Assembly: GCA_965153455.1 (NCBI GenBank)
Contig: OZ234493.1
Span: forward strand, 3,224,001 to 3,288,000
Direction of reading: 5' to 3'
DNA length: 64,000 bases
Source of the DNA: Sphagnum compactum
Taxonomy: Eukaryota
The notes under the pieces were generated by a model. That model was not told the DNA's origin and did no database searches. It saw nothing but the letters and a program-made list of their open reading frames with translations. How positions within the stretch are numbered: position 1 is the first letter of the stretch; every line of letters starts with the position of its first letter. A program made the position numbers and the translations under genes. Positions 24,402 to 36,330 of this stretch are shown piece by piece.

Positions 24402-27400
24402 TTATGTTTATGTGGGAATGCATTCCTGGAAGTTTCTTATAAGACTAACTAGCTTTTTGCATGTGGTTGGGTTGCTGATGTTTTTTTGTATTTGTGCAAT
24501 TGCAGAAGTGTAATACTACAAGTTATATATCCCCCTGATCTCACCTTGTATTTCCAACATCATACGTGTCTGTTATAAAAAAGGCTGAGCCACAAGCAGA
24601 CTAGACTTCTAGTTTATGTTGGAAAATTTTGCCATGTGACTTCTGGCTGGTACATAAACGAGTGTCATCTGCTAGTTATTGCAATGTCTCAATTAATAAA
24701 TCATATTTAGTTCTGTGTGGGTTGTGGTTAGAAGTTATAGATTCCTTAACTGCAGGCAGATATAGTTACTCCTATCCTCTCCAAGCTTGTACAATTTCAT
24801 TTGTCTTCTTCCCTTTGCTTGACTGAGATGTCAGACCCTGCAAAGCAAATGCAGAGTAACTTTGTGGTCCTTGTAATGTGGAGTTAAAACAGTATGTGTG
24901 CCCATTTAATGGAGCTTCTTAGGACTTTTGTAGTGTAGGTATACTTTATATCCCAATGTGTGAGCTATCTGTGCCACATAGTATTGTTCAAGAGGAAGAC
25001 TGAAATGTATCAAACTTCATTCACTGAGGCTTGAAAAGGGATCCTTACTTGGAATCTGAAAGTAGTTGCTTGTGAGCTTTTTTTTTTCAGTTAGCCAATG
25101 CTAGGCAGTCTATCTGGTTTTCCAGGTTTTGTCTCCTGATTGTCTGTTATATATCGAAGTCCTTTTAAGCAAGCATTAGGATCTCTGCTTGGATTGTTTC
25201 TTTTGTTGGGGAGATGATTCTCGACATAGTTATTCAACTCCACTGTGCATATGGGATTGACTTGTTACTTTGTATAGTAGGGTGTGTTTTCTTGTCGAGT
25301 TCTACTTCATGGTTATATACTTGTTTGTTCATGTTGCATATGTGATTGACATACATTGTATGGTTGGCTAGGTGTTTTCTGTCGATCTCTACTGTTCTTC
25401 ATGGTTATTTGCTCCGTGTTTGTCCATTGTTGCACATGGTATTCACTTGTGCTGCATAGTTGGCAATGCTTTTTGGTTGATCTCTACCGTTCGTTTTGAG
25501 TTTAGATGTTGCATTAAGTTAGCTTTTTGGGCCCCCCTCTGAATTTCTATTATACTCTGATGTTGGTGTTCTCATCATGCATACTCTCTTCAACACTAGT
25601 CCTCTTGTAATTCTAGTTTGTTTTCTAGAGCACTACGAATTTTGACTAACCACCGATCATTTATTTCAGTCCATTGGTTCTGCTACATATTCTTTTTAGA
25701 TCTCACAATGGGTACCGCATTGAAAGCTTGTGGAGTTGTGAAGTGTACTAAGGGACATTCATGTATAAACTATAAACAAGAGATTGAAATGATAAAATCA
25801 TGTTTCTTTTTTAATTCACATAGGAAGTGTATAGTATTGTAAACTGGATTGTAATCATAATAAGATGGGTATGTGCTACTGGCCACAGCATAGACAATGT
25901 GCAATATCATTAATATTAATTTTTTATACTAGCTTTTTAACTTTTTGGATAGGTTGTAAAAACCTGTCACCATTTAATGCTAAATCGCTCTTGGGTTGGT
26001 CATTTTTTGTTTGGAATAAAGGAACAATTGCATCATTTCCTTGGGTCATGACCAGTTTTTTTTTTTCAAATTTCTAATGGTGGATATCTCTACCTTTTGT
26101 AGATAGTTGAAAAATCAACAAATTTTGTTCAACTGGATAATTTTTTGTTGCCAAGTGGTGAAAGCTTGCCAAATAGAAAACAAGGCACAAGGCCCAAGAT
26201 TGAAGATTTTGTAGATACCAACAATGTACAACCAACAAAAAAAGTAGACACCTTTTTGAAAAAATTAATACATCCATGCCTAGAAATTTTTTTCAAAAGA
26301 AAAATGGGGTGTATAAAGAACCAAAACTTCTATATACCTAAATCATATAATCTGTTCCCAACATGTTCCCAAAGTTCCAAACAGGTTCTGAAAGTGTTCC
26401 CAAGAGTACCACACTTTATCCCACATTCTTTGCCCAAAGTTCTCTTCTTGTGATCTCTTGTGACTGACTCTTTGTAGGAAGCGCCAAGGAGAGGACTACA
26501 ATAATAAGTCTATTTTTGGAGTGCCCATATTTTGTCATGGGCCAATCAAAGAGTCATAACCAGAAAAAACTTTGGGTCCCACAACTAATTAGTATACCAT
26601 AAACCCACTATTATTAGGAACTTGCCCCTGACAAGGGGTAGCATTACAGTGAAGGGCCCTTAACAGTCCCACATTGAGTTTGACTACTATGTATACAATT
26701 AGTGTACAGGTCACTTTTCTGCTGTGAGTGGGAGATGCTCCTTACCAGGTGGAAGTGCTATTACTAGGGTGTTGTGAAAAGGCTTGGACAATGGTCATGA
26801 CAGAAATAGATATACCCATCTGCAGTATCTGCATGCTCATGTAGGTGTGAGTTGGCAAGGAACAAAATAACTGCAACAGCAAACATTTGGTAGAAAGCAG
26901 TACAAATACAAACACATCAAGGAGCAGAATATAAATATCTTTTTTGAATACAAAACCAGTTTCACTCTGCCAAGACAAGCTCCACAAAAAGGTACAAGAG
27001 TGTCATAGGAATATCATTTCATAACTATTTCGTACACAAAAGTTGCATTTCTATTTCACAGAGCTACCAAGTTTTAGTAACTACTATTTGCATTTTTTGT
27101 TTTGACATTGCTACAGTCATTCCAAAACAGCTTTGGCTAAACCAGAAGCGCTCCTTTTTTGCATTCATGTTTTCATTCCTACATTTGTTCCAAAACTTAA
27201 CCAAAAGTGCTGGATGTGTGCCATGCATCCAAGCTCAGGAAAATCTTGAACACCTTCCCTGAGCTTCACCCCATCCTGAATCTCTCTCTCCACTCACCCT
27301 CCTCACCATGAGAGTTTGTACAGTATGTTCTAGACCAACACTGAGAGAGCAACTGTTCCAACTCCTTGAATAGCCCCTCTATATCTCTCTCATGGACTCT

Positions 27401-27468
27401 CTAGCTTGCTGCTGCTGCCGCCCTCATTGCCCTCAATTTTCGACAGCCCTCACAATTTGATTCCTTTG

Positions 27469-30400
27469 TCAATCAAAATGGTGGTAAAGGTCTTTTGGTG
27501 TACGCTGGCAGTCATGATCAGATTCACTATCAGATGAGCTCAGGCCAGAAGAAAGGTTGCCAACACTGCCCACCTGAAGGTCTGTTGCATTGTGACAGTT
27601 GCTGGAGTTTTGCATTGCTCTTGACACAGTTGTCAATCGCATGCGCTGAACACAAATCAGATACACATCCACAATTCAATGACAATTAAACTTACATGAC
27701 CATGGTGAAATGAGAGCAAAAGATATAGTTTCTGATGAGGGACAAAGACATAGGAACAAAAGACCATGAACAATGCCATTATTCAGCTGGTGACATAAGA
27801 AAACAGTCTGCCATTTACAACTACCCAATAATCATTGAAGGATGAGACTTCCAAGCCACTTCAGGATATCCTACCTCCTGATAGAAAGCACTGATCTCCT
27901 CCTCAGTCAGTGCTTCCTCGCCATCCTCAGCATTCTCCTCCCAGCCAAGTGACCTCAAAAATGCGGTCTCTTCTTCTTCAGAGGCAGTGGCAACACTAGA
28001 AGTTACACTTGGTAAGACCTCAGGCCCAAAAAGCTCTTCATTTGGCCCTTCTTGCATTATCAATTCATGAATACTACTCTCTGTTTCCTTTTCCTCCACA
28101 TTTACATAAAATTTATCAACAATGGCAGGTATATCACCATTTGAGATCATTGAACTCAGCTGAGCAGCCCCATTTTCCAGCTGAGCAGAATCAAACAGCG
28201 AGTCCCCCTCTGCACCATCTGGGGATGAAACACCCCGTTCACCAAGAGAGGCCACAAGCTCTTTGCTTCTGACAAGACCACTCTTTTTTGTTGTTATTAC
28301 ATCCTGGTTATCTTCAGTATTGAGAGCAGAACCTACACTCGCCTTCTTTCTAAGTGCATTGAAGAAATCAACACGATTCTGTGTTGGCATAGGGGAACGT
28401 CGGTCATCTGTTCCAGCCACTGTGCCATATAAACCATCTCTGGAGCGTGAACCTCCAAGATTCCCATCCACAGTCCCTAATGGAAGAGAAAGAGGAGGGA
28501 TAGGTACTGCACGACGATCCAGCAGTTGCATTTGCTTCCGTGGAGTATAACCTATGTTCCCTCCCCCTCCTGATGCATTCCCAACAGCCAATCCAAGACT
28601 GGCCCCAGTTGATACTGGTCCAACAGGAGATGAATTGGATTTTAAGGCACTGTTCAATTGAGTTGATGGCAAAACAGAAACAATCTCTTTGTTCATTTTG
28701 TGGTCCAGGACCTTGCCACCTTGCAAGGGCTTGGAAGTCTCTGAACGCTGAAGGGCTGGCATGCGATATGGGGAGCCCAACACCTGAGATGAACCCATTG
28801 CCTGTCTTCCTTTTGTACCAACAGGTGGTGCAACAACATCCGGTGCATGGGCCACCTTTGGTTTCAGCTTTTCCCGTGGGCTAAGACCCTGCACACATGT
28901 ACATGTTCAGATCTTGAGCCTTCATCACTGAACCAAGTGACAAACTCTTACACACATGAGAATACAGAACACTAAAGGCAGCATTGACATGATCTCATTC
29001 TGATCAAGGAAGTCTGAAAGAGGTCGATGACAGTCAGGAGCAGCCAAAGTCAGGCGGAATTGAGTTCATGTCTCAACCCCAAGGCAGGTTGTGTACACCT
29101 ACCTTGCAAGGTACACACCAATAAAATGTAGAAACTTTGATCTTCACAGGTCAAAGATTCTACAAAGCTAATGACAGACCGAAATTCATCCCCATCTGGA
29201 TACAATGAACTTTTGAGAAAGTACTGACTGTACTTTTGAAGTAGTTAGGAATAACCAACCATGTTCTTTGGAAGAGAAGGTCTCATTGGTGTAAGTTGTC
29301 GTGACTGCTTCAATGCCAACTCCTCCAGCCTCTGTGTCTCCGCTGAGTGCTGACCAATGATGATTACCAGTCAATCAAGAATGCAAAAAACTAGGATACA
29401 AATCAACTTTAGACCTCCCCACCATCTCAAAACATATAACCAGTCCAAATTGCCTCCTTACAATAGTGCCTTGACATTTTCCAAATCCTCAAGAAACACT
29501 TTCCAGAGGAGTAGCAAAAGCAGTCAGGAGGTCAAAAGCACAAACATAGAACGACACTGGCCAGCATGTTAAGTAGGGAAATGCAAAGCAAGTAGAACCT
29601 CTGATATCTTCTCACCTGAGGAGGAGTGCGAACACGAGGTGGAAACTGTACAAGAGCATCCACCATCTTTGGGGGATTTGCAGAGTTACTATCAGAGGTT
29701 GTGATGACCATTGCAACAGATGATACAGAGCTCATATTGTTGGTGGTTGGACCAGCTACTACTGTACCATTGACAGCAGCTGAGCTTCCCATAGGAGCAG
29801 ATGGTGCCTCAGCTAATGCTGAACTCCAACCTTCTGCACCATTACTACCTCCACTACTTCCTGCTGCTGCTGCCAAACCATAATTGGGGCCACTGGATGG
29901 CAGTCCTGGAGAAGAAGTAGAGGACCTAGTCCCATCAAGCCTTGTAGTTGATGAACCTTGCCAAAGTGGCCGTGGGCTCAAAACATTTGGCTGCACCACA
30001 ACTCCAGTAGCACCCTTCTCTTGGGCACCAAGAGTTGGAAAATTGCGCTCAAATGCTGCTTTTTGCATATTGCTTGTCAGACTACCACTACTTGCTGGTG
30101 CCACACTTGGGAGGCCTCCAAGCTCCCCAAAACCCATCTTCTTATCACCATTTCCTATTGCACAGGCCATTGAACTCATGGAGAGGGAGGATGAAAGTGG
30201 CAGAGGCTCTGCTTCATATCTAACCCCTAAATTTGGCCCCAAACCAGGCCTCCGAATCGGCAAAGCAGTATCCAAATGCTCCCGGTGTCTGTCCCACTCA
30301 TCCTTACCTCTGAACCCCACTACCCTATCTCTGTCTCGTCCATCACGGTCTCTGTCAGAATCCCAACCCCATTCTCGATCTGAATCTCGTTGTGCATCCC

Positions 30401-31316
30401 TGTCTATATACTCTGCTCCCTCATAGCTGCGGACTGCAGGACTACGGTCAAAATGTGCATAACCCCTCAAGTATGGATCCTGATCCTGCAGAGGCCTTTC
30501 ATTCACGCTGCTCCTTCCTCCACCCACAACTCTTCGATCTGCTCCTGAATGATAATGGCGATCAGAGAGAGCTGAGAAGCTTCGCAGGGAGTCAAAGTCA
30601 ACATTGCTAGCTCTTGTATTCAAGCCATGGGTTTGTACACGCTGCCATGAAGAGAGTAATGCCCCACTTTCATCTGCAAACATGCACAGGAAGTGCTGAA
30701 ACATGTCAGGAAGTGGATACACAATCTGCAGCACAGGCGCATGGAATTCCCTTGAATGAACATATAGGAGAGTATCATACTTCCCATGTATACACAGCAA
30801 GGACATTGGCAGCATACTCTCCCTTCAGTCAGAAGCCCCAAATACATTTCATCAGGGCTTTAAAAACTGTACACTGGAAACCCTTGCAAAGAAGGCTGAT
30901 TCCTACTGTGTTCATAAGAAGCCACACTTTCTCACAGGAAATGCATATCAGCATCTGTGTACAAGAATGTACACAGATGCGCTCTACCCAAAGCCCCATG
31001 GTGCTGATGAGCTGTGGTGGGTAGTCCAATTTCTAACAATTGAGGACCTTTGCATACCTATATTTCAAGCTACATGTCTTCTGCTCAGTCACTTTGAGGA
31101 CAAACATGACACCTACTTTGCAGGGCTACAATATGATCACTGCAAAACAAGCACAACCTGGAAACATCAAGAATGATATAGTTCACCACAAAGGAGGAAT
31201 AGAGCAGGAAACAAACCTTGGTGGACCACAGAAGGTTGCACATGATGGGTAGCCCCAGCAGTCCCACTGGCTCCCTTGAGCCATTCTGGCACCAAGGATG
31301 GCTCCCTTCTATCCAT
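27469..31316 (-). CDS. Uncharacterised low-complexity plant protein (resembles the Arabidopsis At1g36990/At4g08510-type family), ~812 aa, 5 exons
   Basis: Exons 31316-31217, 30673-29616, 29349-29260, 28888-27875, 27645-27469; GT-AG, in frame. Recognised blocks: MDRREPSLVPEWLK, FERNFPTLG, GWSSALAEAP, QRLEELALKQSRQLTP, DFFNALRKK, EEETAFLRSLGWEEN, LTEEEISAF. Family assignment is from memory. Confidence 0.85.
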
Positions 31317-33749
31317 TCGTGCCACTGACCATGATAGTAGGTCTGCTGGTGGGATCCCCAGCCTATCCTTCTTCTCAACACCAAATACTTCCCACTTGCT
31401 GCAGATTATGATGACCGAGAGCAAAGTTTACCTCTTCCTCTATGATACTACCCCAGATCCGCAGCACACAGCAGACCATTATAGTAGAACAAATTCGGGC
31501 AAGATCACCCAAATGCTTCTTTCTGTCTGCAGGCTCAACTCTGTCATGCACCAAAGAGGTCGATGCTTATCTCACAGTCATTCCCCAACAGCAGGCTGGG
31601 GTGGTCTGGACCCGAGATACCCTCCTGTTGCAACATGCAGCAGCTTCTTGCATACTACGTAGTCCTGCTGTAAACTAGGAAAATCTCACCAACAAGATTT
31701 TCCAGGACCCATTTCTCGCCCAAACATTTCAAAGGTTCAGTTCCCCGAATCTATTGACCACACAGGGTGTAGCTTCAACAACAACAGACAGACCCAAGCC
31801 GTCGTCTAAACCCAAAACCCAGGGACACATCCACACGAGGCCGAGGCACCCACAGCAAGCCTTCAGATTTCAACCCCCGTCTGGTATCAAACCCGGGAGC
31901 TGAACCCTAAAAATTCCACCACTACTGCAACGCAATTGAGAACTGACTGGTTCTATGCAATCCTCTTTCTCCCGGCCATTGACGACGCTCCAACCCTCCT
32001 TCAGGTAGAGTTCAACAGCACATTGACTGTTTTACAGCGAGAAAACTTCACTCCCTTCGAAGTTTTGCGACAAACCCAAACATGCACCTCCGTGCAATTG
32101 TCTCTATGACTCCCAAAAGACTCCTCTCCTCTTCTCACCACCGCTAAAAGAAAAATCACCACTGCAAAGAAACCAGATGAAGAAACCCTAATAGGGGCAC
32201 AACAGTCCGCCAAAGACGTAGCAGCTTCTCCAAAAAAATTCTGGCGCTATTGCGCAGTAATCGACCTCTTCTGCGCAAATCGAATTCCCTGCTACAAACT
32301 ACACCTGGAGGCTCATCACGGCCAAGTCGTAATACAGCGGCAAGAGTCGGTCTAATCAGACTACCCTTTTCACCGTCACCAGAAACTCCACTCCTGAGCA
32401 ACAACTCCCAAACCCTAGTTCTTCACCTTCCCTACCTTCACACACAAAAAAACACGAAATTCAACAGAACACAACCTTCAATTCAAAAAAAAATCAGAAG
32501 CAAAACTGGTTTCTCCGAACACCACCGGAAAGCTCTCAAGACGTCTCAAGACCTCATCATCATGCAGCATCACAAAAATGGAGGTCTCCTCTCCCTGTCA
32601 ATGACTATATAATTGCAGCCGTTCTAGAAGGCTAGTGCAGCCCGTTTTGGCAGGATTTGTTAAGGAATAGGAGAAAGAAAGCTGTATAATGTAGGAAAGG
32701 AGTCGAGGAGAAGAAAGCAAAGAGATGTCACAGGGCATCAAAAAAAATTCCAGTTGTTCGAGAGAGGCTAAAGCGTGTGCATCTGTTGTGTGAAGGTGGT
32801 GGAGATGGCGGTGATACGGCAGCGCAAGCGAGCGAGCGAGCGAGCGAGCAGAAGACGAAGAAGAACAATGAAAGAACGAGAAGACAAGAACGACCCAGGA
32901 AGGGCTTCGCGAGTTCCGCCGGGTATGTGTAAATTCCGACGTGCGGAATCACACTACTCACCGCTGGCTGACCCACAGTGAACCAGCCACGGTCCCATCC
33001 ATTGGATGCCCCTTCTGACTCAGTTGTGGATGAACCTCAACCTGAGTTAAATCTCTTGGTTCCACATATTGTGTAAAGTTCCAACACATGGAATTCCGCA
33101 GCTCCTCGGTCAGCCATTGGCTTGCTCGGAGCCAGAATCAACCAAACACCGCCCGCTGCCCGCTCCATGACGTTAAAGTCAGGAAACCAGGTTAAAATCA
33201 GAGAACCATGATTTTAACCCCCTGACTATTTTGGGCAGGCATTTTTCTTTTGACCGGCTACTTCGGGCAGCTCCTCATAAAGGTTCTTAAGCAGGTTCTC
33301 AATCCCTGGAGGAAGACAATTTTGGCTGCGGGCACAGCTTTGACAGGCACCATGTTGCTCATGGCACCATGTGGCATCATGCGGTGAGAAATTTCGGCAT
33401 AAATTAAGTTTATTTTTTATTTTGTCGAATTTTTGAAAGTTTATTTATTACTTGTGCTGAAATTTTAATAATTATTATAAAATTAAACTCTGAAATATTC
33501 AACTGTCAGGTTTGAATTTTAGACCTGCCAATTCTTTGAATTTAAGAAGAAAAACCTTGTATATAAAAATCTAGGACGAAACCCATCCATCAAAAGTACA
33601 AGGCAAATGAAAGTGCAAGTAGACACAACCCACAGAAAAAACAAAAGCAAACAATCAACTAAAATAAGGTTGAAGCCCTACGCAAATAGGACCCATGGCA
33701 ATGAAATGACGATCAACGATAACAAATAAACCCTAAGACGAAAGAGCTA

Positions 33750-36330
33750 TCACTTGCCACAAATCGACTAGTGACAAAGGTGCACTAGCTATGATGTGTG
33801 GAAGAGATGAAGAACCCCAACCAAGTGCAATAGCCTGCTAAATAATCACTATGGTTTGTGCACGTTGCAAGGCTATGGACACATGTTATCAATAGTAAAA
33901 AAAACCATCAAGGGGAACTAAAGAAGACCGTTGATTACACACGATAGTGGTATGTGCACAAGCAGTTGAAAATGAATCAAAACGAGAATGAAAACACCCA
34001 TACGTTTCAATAGCAAAGGGAATGAAATCATCACCTGGTGCTTGCATGGCGTATGATCATGTCTTCTCTTGAGTAGCCACCATTGCTGCATGTGCTGTTA
34101 TTGTCGATGCTCACTACACCATATCTATGCAAGTCAAATCAATAATGGCAACATCCATCAAAGTTTGGAAGCCATCTTTGGTGATAAGGATATCCATTTG
34201 TCGTTGGATGTGGCGAGGGAAAAGGTGTGAGACCTCCCTTTGAACATATGTTCCACTCTCTAAAATAATAGTTGTAATAGTACCTCGAAGTGTATCATGG
34301 ACTGATGTACACTCACTTTCACAAGGGCACCAAAACAAATGAATACCTAGTTCGTTAATGGTATGACCACACTAACACTATGACAAATGGGCAACCATAG
34401 GATGTGTCAAGTCAAGATGGGTACATAATGTTATAAGGAAGTGGGTTGAGGATAAACAAAATGCAGGTGTGGTACGACAAGCTAATAACTAAGTGTTTGC
34501 CCCTAGACTTTCACATGAGCGAAAATGTGCTCGCATGATATTTGAAGGAACGTCTATTAGAAGTGAAGCAAACTTTTGCTCATGTAAATGATCCGCCAAA
34601 GAAGCATGTAATTAGGATAAGACTAAATCACTAGGTTCTTAAAGGGTGGGATTTGAGAGCAGACAACCTGGGGTAACATGGCTCGTGTATTTTACAATGC
34701 CATCTAGAATGGGAAAATGCCAATTTCAACATGTGCTATTACATCCAAAAGAATAAGCTGATCATCCTGTTGGAAACAAATGACAAGTGTAGGAGCGATC
34801 AGTGCCCAACATCCCAAGAATGTGGGGGTAGCAATCTGAATTATGGAAAGGAGGCCAAACCCACCCAAAGAAGTAAGAAAAGTGGCTTGACAATGAGCTA
34901 GGTGATTAATAAAACCAACAAAATATCCTCCACCAAGTAATTTTTCCACTGTAGTTATGTTACGAATATCGAATTCAATGTAGCGCTGCAAAATACCTGG
35001 AAATGGAAACATTGTACAAAGCAAGTAACTAGGGCATTAAACATAGCACAATGAGAGCATCGCAAAAGTCGCCTAAGGATTTACAAGCATAGAGAGATAG
35101 ATCTCATCCCAAGATCCTCATGAAGAGCTTCAAGCATAAACGACTCAATAAATGATTTGGATCCCACTGGTGCGCCCAAAATACAAAAATTTAAGTTGGG
35201 AGTAAAAAAACCAGGAGGAAGTGATATAGAGTGGTCTCCCTCGTGGAGACCAAATTACACATTTTGTTAGCTGCACTAAAAACCCTAATGCCGAAAACTT
35301 TTGCTCTAATCATAAAAAAACAAAAATCACATTTGATGCGGAACCTACTATATGTGTGTCATCTGCTAGCAAAAAGAAAACACAAGTTGGGTGCGCTATC
35401 ACTGTATGGTGAATAACACAAAGGTGAACTAGAACAAATAACATTCCTCCCAATGGGTCCCTTTGTCGTGTACCTGATTGCGATGAAATGACTATGAGAT
35501 CCCCATGTCCAAAGGCTTGAGAAAAATACAATAGGGATGGGCATGCATAAAATTGTCAAACAAATGGGAAAAGTTGATGTAGAGAACTAGGCAAAGACCA
35601 TAACTCTTGAAAAATGGCTGATTGTGACACCGAATTGAAAGAATTGCAAACATCCACCTGTAGCACCACCCAATTTAGATGCAAATCTAACATCATTCGA
35701 ATGCCATGAACCACTATTTCACACCTACCATGAATTGTTACACCAAACTAATGAGGACTAAAATGTTTTGCAAGAGTATCTTTAAACTGAATAACCAATG
35801 TGTGGGCAACTAAACTATAGGTCACCTCATCAATTGCGATGGGACGTATGCCTCAAGATTACTTCTCTAATGTTAAAAGTTAAAATGCAAAAAACAAACA
35901 CGATACTGAAGGTGGAACATGACCTCGAGCAATGTGCTCACGTCCTCGAAAAAGAGGTCAAAACCACTCGCAAAATCATATGGGACAAAACAATATCATA
36001 AAAGTTTATACACCATACCTAAGGGGCCACTAGAAGAAAAATGTGGTGAACAAGCCAAAGCAAAGATAAATGCCTCATAATCTAAAGAAACCTCCGTCTT
36101 AGGATCGAAATCATCAATGAAAGGGGGGATATCAACTTTAACAAGTGGATGGAGATGGCAAAGGATTCCCATGGTCTCATCAAATGGGGCTATATGTGTG
36201 TTCGGAGTTAATACACATATTATTTGAGTGTGCTCCCTTACATGAGCAAGGGCTCGTGTGTGGCGCAATCGTGTTGATGGAGGTGAGGTAGGATTTATAG
36301 TCAATTCTAAACATCTATAAGAAGTTAAAG
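33750..36330 (-). mobile_element. Degenerate non-LTR retrotransposon with RT and C-terminal restriction-like endonuclease (CRE/R2-group type)
   Basis: Minus-strand motifs in order: SSSGPLG, GIRPIAIDEVTY (~35850), VVLQVDVCNSFNS (~35660), SGTRQRDPLG and LADDTHIVG (35310-35531), CCHC-like HLFWCPCESECTSVHD, QRQMDILITKDG..DVAIID, FIPFAIETYG (~34000). Many stops; element ends not resolved. Confidence 0.85.

Noticed and set aside
29626-30426. Long plus-strand ORFs (85 and 180 aa)
   Set aside because: Antisense shadows of exon 2 of the minus-strand gene, with no independent motifs.
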